This document shows positions 7,353-15,149 of a stretch of 64,000 nucleotides of DNA, in pieces. The DNA lies in IMG/VR virus record IMGVR_UViG_3300012280_000034, positions 299 to 64,298 of that record; one strand, given 5' to 3'. The DNA comes from a virus (Duplodnaviria; Caudoviricetes). A program made the position numbers and the translations under genes. The notes beneath the pieces were generated by a model. The model had not been told where the DNA came from and ran no database searches. It saw only the letters and a program-made list of their open reading frames with translations. Position 1 is the first letter of the stretch. Every line of letters starts with the position of its first letter.

Positions 7353-7497
7353 TATTATCTTACTGTTAGCTGCATTTGTTTTAGAAGTAACTTTTTTATT
7401 TAATTTATATGCTTATGGTCGCTGTAAAAACGCGGATTACTATTATATTAAAGAATATCCAGTTCCAAATAGACCAAACGATGATACTCAGCCCTAA
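7345..7497 (+). CDS. 50-aa single-TM protein
   Basis: GGAGG SD; hydrophobic N-terminus. Confidence 0.6.
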   Translation: MNDIILLLAAFVLEVTFLFNLYAYGRCKNADYYYIKEYPVPNRPNDDTQP

Positions 7498-7551
7498 ACG
7501 GGCAGCATAGAACACGCAGCCTTTTCAGGCAGCATATAAAACGAGGTAAAC

Positions 7552-7755
7552 ACGGAAAACAAAGAATTATTAAAAAAGGCGATTGGATTAGTTGAAAACA
7601 CACATAAAGAATTTGATAGTTCTTTTTTAAAACTCAAGCTTGGAATAGGAATTATTTCATGCAACAAGTTAATAGAAAAATTATTAGAACTTGGAGTTGC
7701 TAAACAAGTTATTCAATCGAATGGAACTATAAAATATGAAAAACAGTGCCGTTAA
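7552..7755 (+). CDS. FtsK-gamma-like winged-helix small protein with ACG at the start position
   Basis: 67 open codons (LLKKAIGLVE...SSFLKLKLGIGIISCNKLIEKLLELGV); GAGGT SD 4 nt before ACG; in-frame TAA at 7537 and no ATG/GTG/TTG in the N-terminal part. Confidence 0.45.
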   Translation, partial: TENKELLKKAIGLVENTHKEFDSSFLKLKLGIGIISCNKLIEKLLELGVAKQVIQSNGTIKYEKQCR

Positions 7756-8300
7756 GCGGTAGGATAAAAAGCAGATACTTAAAGTTATATAGTATATATA
7801 CTATATAACAAATGGTATCGAGCAATGTAGTATATATACTAATTGACTCATGTACCAGGTGTACAAGGAGATTCTGATTACGCCATAATGGTGTTTTCTG
7901 ATTAGCCTACCTACCAAGCGTAGGAAAGGAGACCGCTTCAAGTAATGTTTGTTGCGGATTTTGACCCGAAAGGGATTGGTTTATCATTGAGCCGAAATCA
8001 ATGAATTACGGACATATGAGCCGTGCAGGGTATAGGTGGCTGAAAGTTTGGAGTTAAGTGAAAGATACGTAGATATGTGAGGTTAATCGCTTATAGATTT
8101 TACCTATTTACAGGTTTAGATAGGCATAAGTTGAAAGGATATATACTTGTGCTGACTATTTAACTGTCACGGTACAGTGCTTTCTAAGCGTGTTTATAGG
8201 TGTACTTATATTATAGATTGCATATTGGGATTAATTCAAGTAGCGAAGTAGCCAATAAGTGAACAAGCTATCTAATGTAATAGTTCTACCTATACAAATT
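7754..8300 (+). ncRNA. Candidate large structured ncRNA (ROOL/GOLLD/raiA-like class; family unassigned)
   Basis: No ORF of 60 aa or more; long-range helices 7754-60/7932-38 and 8030-39/8286-95; more than ten local hairpins; repeated GAAAG. Confidence 0.6.
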
Positions 8301-8443
8301 ATTGCGGTGGCGGAAGTGGAAGACGCAGTGTAACGGTGTATACAATGGCTCTTGATAATAGAGTGCTGAGTTCCCAGCAATATCGGGCATAAACGAGATA
8401 CCGTGAAAATTATCGTGCAAGGTTCGATTCCTTGCCTGCAATT
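8301..8443 (+). ncRNA. tRNA-like RNA with an expanded anticodon domain
   Basis: Acceptor ATTGCGG/CTGCAAT; Leu-like D-arm TG-GCGG-AAGTGGAAGA-CGC; T-arm GCAAGG-TTCGATT-CCTTGC; ~85-nt branched insert between the arms. Confidence 0.65.
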
Positions 8444-8541
8444 TTAAAAATTAGGTTGGCGTGTAAAACCGCAGGGAAAAATGTTCATTTAGAGCTTAGG
8501 GGTGGGAAGCGAACATAAAAACGCTGAAAGGCGGTGAAAAA

Positions 8542-9048
8542 GTGGCAAAAAGTAAAATAGATAAATCAAATAAAAATAAAGCAATAGATTTAGTTGAAAA
8601 TCCCCTATTGACAGAAAATCCTTTGATTTCAAGTCCTGTTATTTCAGTAAATAATGAACTTGATATGAAAGTTGAGGCGATTCATGAAATTGAATCTCTC
8701 GCTGAATTAAGCAAACAACATTTATCTGCTAAAAGACAGCGTGTCGAACTGGAAGTTGATAATAAAAAGCTTGATACCGCTAAAAGAACAATTTCAACCA
8801 TAGAAAAAATAATATCATCAGTAGCTAAAGAGGAAGTTCTTCAGAGGGTTGCTGATAATATCAAAACTCCGCAGGATATGAAATACATGGCTGAAGCTGC
8901 TGAAAAACTGACAGGAACATTAAGAAACTTGATGAATCCGAATGTTATGGATGAATTCGGCACTAAAAAGCGTACGAAAATCAACTTTATGTTTAAAAGC
9001 TCAGGAGCTGTACAAGCTGCTGTTCAAGTTGAAACTTCTGATGATTAG
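8542..9048 (+). CDS. Probable terminase small subunit (by position and helical character)
   Basis: GTG start with AAGGCGGTGA SD; coiled-coil; upstream of terL; no diagnostic motif seen. Confidence 0.45.
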   Translation: MAKSKIDKSNKNKAIDLVENPLLTENPLISSPVISVNNELDMKVEAIHEIESLAELSKQHLSAKRQRVELEVDNKKLDTAKRTISTIEKIISSVAKEEVLQRVADNIKTPQDMKYMAEAAEKLTGTLRNLMNPNVMDEFGTKKRTKINFMFKSSGAVQAAVQVETSDD

Positions 9049-9057
9049 GGTGATTAA

Positions 9058-9594
9058 ATGATAGATATGTTTAAATATACGGATAAAGAGATAAAAGAAC
9101 TTTTAAAAAGCATGATAATTTTAGTCGATAGCCGGGAAAATGCTAACCAAAATATTACATCATGGCTTGATGAAAAGAAAATACCATATAAAATTGAAAA
9201 ATTAGAATTTTGTGATTACAGCTTTATGCTCCCTGCTAACCTTCCATTAGGATTTAACAGGGATTTATATTTTACTGACAAAATATCAATTGAACGCAAG
9301 GGAAACTTAGAGGAACTTAGTGGAAATATGACAACCGATAGATTGCGTTTAGAAAGCGAATTTATAAGAAGTAAAGGGAAAGTTCATTTACTTATAGAAA
9401 ATGCTTCCTACGAAGAAATAATCAACCACAATTATAAAACAGAATATAATCCTGTTTCCTTTTTAGCAAGCTTACATAGCTTCGCTGACAGATATAATTT
9501 TTCAATAAATTTTATAAAGGATATCAAGTATTCGGCACACTTTATTTATTATACTTTTTACTACTACCTTAGAAATTATTTAATGAATAAATAA
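9058..9594 (+). CDS. ERCC4-domain nuclease
   Basis: ILVDSRE, L...DYSF, SIERKG..EEL motifs. Confidence 0.88.
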   Translation: MIDMFKYTDKEIKELLKSMIILVDSRENANQNITSWLDEKKIPYKIEKLEFCDYSFMLPANLPLGFNRDLYFTDKISIERKGNLEELSGNMTTDRLRLESEFIRSKGKVHLLIENASYEEIINHNYKTEYNPVSFLASLHSFADRYNFSINFIKDIKYSAHFIYYTFYYYLRNYLMNK

Positions 9595-9619
9595 AATAAA
9601 AATTAAATGGAGGTAACAA

Positions 9620-9898
9620 ATGAAAATACAAAATGAGGTCAAAGACGGAAAAGCAAAATTTACTGTTAACGATAAAGAGTTAGACATAAGACATCTATAC
9701 GAGAAATTAAACAGTATTGGAAAAATTACGCAAAGTTTCGATGAACAGGATTCATATGACAATAGACTTGTCATATTATCCGTAATGGACGAATCTTTAA
9801 TTGAAGGGTGTTTTAATGTTAGCGAACTAAGAAAAATAGCTGATATAATAGATGAGTTAGCTTTTATGGTATCTAAAGAAATTGATAATACCATTTAA
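9620..9898 (+). CDS. Hypothetical protein
   Basis: GGAGGT SD; ORF track. Confidence 0.7.
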   Translation: MKIQNEVKDGKAKFTVNDKELDIRHLYEKLNSIGKITQSFDEQDSYDNRLVILSVMDESLIEGCFNVSELRKIADIIDELAFMVSKEIDNTI

Positions 9899-9913
9899 TC
9901 TACGGAGGACAAT

Positions 9914-10408
9914 ATGAAAAATATTTTAGATAATTTATATGTTGGTAATCAACAGGACTATGAATCAACATTCTTTGATGATGGGTTTTCTTTTTTATTG
10001 GCAGCTAAAGAACCATGGCACAGAGAAACACTTAATTATACGAGTAGGTCTGCTCCAAAAGAACACCCAGAATATCTTTGGGCTTACAGAGATAGAGGAA
10101 CTAAGTTAATTCTTAATATGGTTGATGCTCCCTCTTCCCTATTTTTTAGCAAAGAAATGATAGACGAATCACTTTTATTTATAGAAGAAGAATTGTTCAA
10201 AGGCAGAAATGTTCTTATTTGCTGTAATAAAGGTGAAAGTCGCTCCGCAAGCATTGGACTTCTCTACCTCATTAAAAACGGAATTATTAAAGGTGAAGCT
10301 TTGGAAGATTGCGAAGCTGAGTTTTTAAAACTTTATCCTGACTACAATCCCGGTAAAGGGATAAGGGAATTTGTTAAGATGAATTTTAAGGAGTACAGCT
10401 ATGAGTGA
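9914..10408 (+). CDS. Dual-specificity protein phosphatase-like protein
   Basis: ILDNLYVGN N-terminus and VLICCNKGESRSA CX5R P-loop. Confidence 0.82.
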   Translation: MKNILDNLYVGNQQDYESTFFDDGFSFLLAAKEPWHRETLNYTSRSAPKEHPEYLWAYRDRGTKLILNMVDAPSSLFFSKEMIDESLLFIEEELFKGRNVLICCNKGESRSASIGLLYLIKNGIIKGEALEDCEAEFLKLYPDYNPGKGIREFVKMNFKEYSYE

Positions 10409-10567
10409 TTTTTCTATATTAATCATTTTGATATCTTTAGGTATTACGATTCTTAGATTTTTAAGCGAACGCGAGTTTAGAAAGAATATTGAAAACATTA
10501 TAGATGATGAATAATAAGCACTTCTATCGATATTGCTTGTTTTATGTGAAAAAGTAGGTGATGTAGC

Positions 10568-12136
10568 ATGCCGAGAAAAGGCGGTTCAGTCAGTATTAAA
10601 CAACAGAAAAATGAAAAGTTAATACAACATTCTACATCGGACAAAATGTCAATATGCAAAGAGTGCGGCAAGCCATTTGCACAGGTTTGGCGACCCGAAT
10701 ACGAAGCCTATACGTCATTTCTTACTTGCCCTGAATGTCGAATGCGTAATGCAAGAGGCGGAGTTAATGTTACTGCTGAATATAGTCCTCATTGGGGACA
10801 AGAATTAGTACATAATTCAAAAGCGAGATTCAAAGTAATCAATGCAGGTAACAGGTGGGGTAAAGACCGTTGTTCTATCATGGAAGGCATTCGTTACTTC
10901 ATCGATATACTTAACGAAGAAAGAGATTCGAGCATGGTTCCTCATGCTTTATGGTGGATCATAGCTCCTTTAGATAGATTGGCAAATCAAAACTGGCGAG
11001 AACTCCTGCATAACTTACCTAAAGAATTGGTTGTCGATGTTTCTAAAACAACAAGAACTATCGAAACTATAAACGGCGGCATTATAGAAGTGCATTCGGC
11101 TTATGACCCTGAATCGTTGGTCGGTGTCGGTCTTGACTTGGTTACAATAACAGAAGCTGCACGAATAGCCGATATGGAAGATGTTTGGGATAACATCGAG
11201 GCTCGTTTAGCTTCTCCCGGTAGGGGTTTAAATGGCGAGGGTGGAATGGCGATAATAAATTCATCACCACTTGGCATGAATTTCTTTTATAAGATGTGGA
11301 AATGGGGACAAAAAGAAACTTCTGAATGGGACCCCGATTGGGAGTCGTGGACATTTACTACGTGGGATAATCCTTATATGGCTGAAAGAGGCGATAAAGT
11401 AGCAGCCAACGGAAAGACATATAAAGAAAACCTCAAAAAAAGAATGTCTCGAAATAAATATAGACAAAACTGGATGGCGGAATTTTTATCAAAGATAAAT
11501 GCCGTATTTCCTAATTATGAAAGAGTGTTAAAAAAAACACCTCCTGAACTAACAACTGAAAAAGAAATTAATAATTACTGGAAGGAATGGGAAAAGCCTG
11601 ACCCATATGAAACTTATACGATAGGCTATGACCCTGCGTCTAAGGGCGACGGAAAGCCGTGTGTTATTAGAAATAGCAAGGGAAAAGTTGTCAAAATAGA
11701 TACTATGGATGCCTTGGGATGGGACGCTCAATGGGACAGAATAGCTTTTTATTCAAGGCTATATAACAATGCGCATTGTAATTTCGGACAAACCGGGGTT
11801 GGTGAAACAATTGAATCTCAACTTACAAAGCGTGGAGTAACTAATACTCCTATACCGGAACAAGGAAGAAATAAAGAAAAGCTTGTTGAGGATTTTTCTA
11901 TAATAGTAGAACAACAATGGTGTGAATTTCCGTGGTCGCAGGAGTTAGAAAATCAAATGAAAGATTATATTTCTGTTATGCGACCGGGGCAGTCAACTCA
12001 ATATAAAAACAGTGGATCAGATAGCGAATATGACGACCTCATCAGTGCGTCATATTTTTGTTTTGCAGATTTCCAAACACCTGCTATAACTACTCCGTGG
12101 GTTGGAATTATGATAGGCGTTCAAACAAAGAAATAA
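10568..12136 (+). CDS. terL: Terminase large subunit with N-terminal Zn-ribbon
   Basis: CKEC...CPEC; GNRWGKD Walker A-like; ITEAA Walker B-like; SSPLG coupling motif; IGYDPA and DDLISA nuclease motifs. Confidence 0.85.
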   Translation: MPRKGGSVSIKQQKNEKLIQHSTSDKMSICKECGKPFAQVWRPEYEAYTSFLTCPECRMRNARGGVNVTAEYSPHWGQELVHNSKARFKVINAGNRWGKDRCSIMEGIRYFIDILNEERDSSMVPHALWWIIAPLDRLANQNWRELLHNLPKELVVDVSKTTRTIETINGGIIEVHSAYDPESLVGVGLDLVTITEAARIADMEDVWDNIEARLASPGRGLNGEGGMAIINSSPLGMNFFYKMWKWGQKETSEWDPDWESWTFTTWDNPYMAERGDKVAANGKTYKENLKKRMSRNKYRQNWMAEFLSKINAVFPNYERVLKKTPPELTTEKEINNYWKEWEKPDPYETYTIGYDPASKGDGKPCVIRNSKGKVVKIDTMDALGWDAQWDRIAFYSRLYNNAHCNFGQTGVGETIESQLTKRGVTNTPIPEQGRNKEKLVEDFSIIVEQQWCEFPWSQELENQMKDYISVMRPGQSTQYKNSGSDSEYDDLISASYFCFADFQTPAITTPWVGIMIGVQTKK

Positions 12137-12229
12137 TTTATTAATCGGTAAATAACAGGGGCTTTGAAAAAGGGCGCACCTCCCGCCCTCCCCTCCAGTG
12201 CCGATAATTAAGTCTATGGAGGTTTAATT

Positions 12230-12483
12230 ATGAGTAAATTCAAATTATACTTAAAAGTTTTTAAACAACTATTTATTGTAATTTACAAGATTTTTGATTA
12301 TTACATTTCGTATTTTTTGTATAAGTTAAAAGTTAAAATATTTGGAGGTAATTTATGAAACAATTTTTTTATGACATGATTCATAACACAAATGGCGAAA
12401 ATTTAATTAAATACTGGTGGCTTTGGTTAATTTACTTATTAATCATAGTAGCAGTAAGTTATTCTGCAAAAAGGAGGCGTAAG
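12230..12483 (+). CDS. Two tandem small hydrophobic ORFs (MSKFKLYLKVF... and MKQFFYDMIH...WWLWLIYLLIIVAVSYSAKRRRK)
   Basis: Each preceded by GGAGGT; about 42-43 aa; read manually. Confidence 0.55.
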
Positions 12484-12487
12484 TAAT

Positions 12488-13645
12488 ATGCGAATAGCAA
12501 TCCTCACAACGCCATTCTTTCATGATGCAGAAGAAGTTGTACACATTGATAAAGACGGCAATAAGAAACAAGGAAAAGACAAAATCATATATGGGGGCGC
12601 AGAACGCTACCTCTTAGATTTATGCCAATTATTAATATCTAATGGACATTTAGCTACTGTATATCAACCATTCCCCAACATAAAAACGCCTTTTATGAAA
12701 GAGTACAAAGGCATAAAGTTTGTAATGATACCGAACAATGGAGGCTGGGAATACCATACATGCACAGATTTAAACTGGCGATTCAATGAAATGTCTGCAT
12801 TAGATGATTTACGAATATATTTCGCAACATATTTAGCTTTTCCTAACGCTGTATCCCCTTGCATAACCGTTTCTCACGGAATTTATTGGGACGCTATACA
12901 AGGTTCAAGCGTAATTAACAACTATAACGACATTCAACTCAAAGAGTTCTATAAACGACAGCTGTACGGCTTTAAAATGGCTGATGTTTGTGTTTCCGTA
13001 GACAGTAATGTAAGAAAAGTCATTCAAGCAATCGAACCGGGCGCAGAAAAAAGAATGCAAATAATTTACAACTATGTTGACACAGAAAAATTCAAGCCTG
13101 CTGATAAAAAAACTTGGGAAGGTATAAATGTTCTATTTCCTCGCAGATTAACTTCTTTGAGAGGCAGTACAGATGTTACAAGGGCATTCATGAATCTACC
13201 ACAATATAATTTTACGCTTGTTGGACAATCTCACGACGAACAGTCACAACAAGCTTTTATTGACAGCCATAAAGATAGAACAAATGTAACTATTACTCAT
13301 AAAGCAACAGATGATATGCTATCAGTTTATCAGGATACTGATATTTCCCTCGTCCCTACTACGGCCTGCGAAGGATTATCATTAAGCCTACTTGAAAGCA
13401 TGTCATGTGGATTGCCTGTTATTACAACTCCTGTTGGTGGTTTAGGCGATGCGGTTATTGATGGTTATAATGCTTTGATATATGACCCTAATCATGAAAG
13501 GCTTGAAAATTACATCATTTCATTAGCAGGGAACGAGGATTTGCGAAATAAGTTTGGCAGAAGAAACAGAGAGATTGCAGTCGAGTGTTTTGATATTAAG
13601 ATTTGGCAAAACAAGTGGCTCGATTTAATCAATCAATTCAAATAA
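12488..13645 (+). CDS. Glycosyltransferase family 4 (GT-B fold)
   Basis: GGAERY N-terminal motif; EGLSLSLLESMSCGLPVITT EX7E motif. Confidence 0.9.
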   Translation: MRIAILTTPFFHDAEEVVHIDKDGNKKQGKDKIIYGGAERYLLDLCQLLISNGHLATVYQPFPNIKTPFMKEYKGIKFVMIPNNGGWEYHTCTDLNWRFNEMSALDDLRIYFATYLAFPNAVSPCITVSHGIYWDAIQGSSVINNYNDIQLKEFYKRQLYGFKMADVCVSVDSNVRKVIQAIEPGAEKRMQIIYNYVDTEKFKPADKKTWEGINVLFPRRLTSLRGSTDVTRAFMNLPQYNFTLVGQSHDEQSQQAFIDSHKDRTNVTITHKATDDMLSVYQDTDISLVPTTACEGLSLSLLESMSCGLPVITTPVGGLGDAVIDGYNALIYDPNHERLENYIISLAGNEDLRNKFGRRNREIAVECFDIKIWQNKWLDLINQFK

Positions 13646-13659
13646 AAGTAGGTGGTATA

Positions 13660-15072
13660 ATGGCGTTTTGGAGCAGAAAAGATAATAAGTCAAGGGATGA
13701 GCCTACAATACCTGTAGGAAGAATGACCTCAGTTGGAAATAGTTTTTATTCAAGCCTCTCCCCTCTTCGCTCAAGGAATACAGAGATTTTAAAAACCCTT
13801 AGAAGAATACCAGAAGAAAATGAGGCTATAGAGTTTCTGAAAAAAGTAAATCCCGATGTTTCTATGGCTGTGTGGAACTTTGTTCGACTTGCTAACCAAG
13901 GGCATGAAATGCACTTTTATGCTATCGACGGGAAAACAAGGCGTACAGATTTGGATGACAAATGGAGAGACTTTGCGGCAAGAGTAAATGAAATATCTAA
14001 CAGCGGACTCGATGGCCTTATAGACCAATTACATTACAGTTCTTATGTATTAGGCGCTATGGGTGTTGAAGCTGAGGTTACCGCTGACAGAAAAGACATA
14101 TACGACATATACCCGGTTAAGCCTACAACTATTCAATGGGAGTTAAAAGAAATCAAAGGCAGAAAGATGTATGTCCCTTATCAAGAAATAGATTTTAAGA
14201 AAGTTTATCTTAATAAAGAAAGTGCTAATTTCTTTTGGGTTCCGGCTGACCCTGATATCGGAGACCCGAGAGGCTCATTAGCGCTCACACCTGTCTTACA
14301 GGCAGTTGATTTTCAAATGCAAATATTGCAAGACGTACAAGCAGTATTACATCACCAAGGATACCCACGAAATGATATATCTATGGATATTGAAAAATTA
14401 ATGGACTTATGTCCGCAAAATATTAGACAGGACGGAAAAAAACTTAACGACTGGCTAAACGGTCAAGTTGAGAATATGAGAGCAAGCTTGGTTAATATGG
14501 CTCCCGATAGTGATTATGTTCATACAAGCGATACAACTATAAATCAAAATCAGGGCGCCAATGCTACAAGAAGCTTAGACTTTAGAGCATTACTTGAAGG
14601 TATAGACCCCCAAGTCCTATCAGGCTTAAAACAGATGGCTATTTTTATGAATAGAAATTCAGGTATAACCGAATCTTGGGGTACAGTACAATTCCGCATA
14701 TACTGTTCGGGAATAGCCTCATGTCAACGTGGAAGCAAAAGAATAATTGAAGAAATAGCAAGACTTTGGTTAAGGGTAAACGGTGAACAAGCAACACCGA
14801 AATTTACTCACAACACGATAGACTGGAACTCTGAAGAGCAAAGAATGACAGTTCAGTTAATGAAGCAAGAGTTTTTTGCTATTGCTCAGTTAATGGGTTG
14901 GATATCTCCTGATGAAGCTGCACAAGAGGCAACCGGAGTTAAAGAGGCTTTTGACAAACCAAGCGATAGCATAAGGATATCTTTTAGTGTTGGGGGTGAG
15001 AAAATTGATAATTACAAACATTCGAAAGAAGTCAACAATTCCGATATACGAGGAACTGCAAGATTGCTTTAA
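13660..15072 (+). CDS. Portal protein
   Basis: Position after terL, 470 aa, portal-like size; ATG 13660 with AGGTGG SD. Confidence 0.7.
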   Translation: MAFWSRKDNKSRDEPTIPVGRMTSVGNSFYSSLSPLRSRNTEILKTLRRIPEENEAIEFLKKVNPDVSMAVWNFVRLANQGHEMHFYAIDGKTRRTDLDDKWRDFAARVNEISNSGLDGLIDQLHYSSYVLGAMGVEAEVTADRKDIYDIYPVKPTTIQWELKEIKGRKMYVPYQEIDFKKVYLNKESANFFWVPADPDIGDPRGSLALTPVLQAVDFQMQILQDVQAVLHHQGYPRNDISMDIEKLMDLCPQNIRQDGKKLNDWLNGQVENMRASLVNMAPDSDYVHTSDTTINQNQGANATRSLDFRALLEGIDPQVLSGLKQMAIFMNRNSGITESWGTVQFRIYCSGIASCQRGSKRIIEEIARLWLRVNGEQATPKFTHNTIDWNSEEQRMTVQLMKQEFFAIAQLMGWISPDEAAQEATGVKEAFDKPSDSIRISFSVGGEKIDNYKHSKEVNNSDIRGTARLL

Positions 15073-15149
15073 TTGCAAGGGTTGTATTTGCGAAGATACA
15101 TGCATGGAATTAGGAAAAGATATTTCAAACAGAAAGAAGGTGAAAAATA

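Noticed and set aside
7754-8443. Group I/II intron or tmRNA
   Set aside because: It does not interrupt an ORF; I recognised no group I P7 core or group II domain V; the tRNA-like part has a D-stem and no tag ORF.
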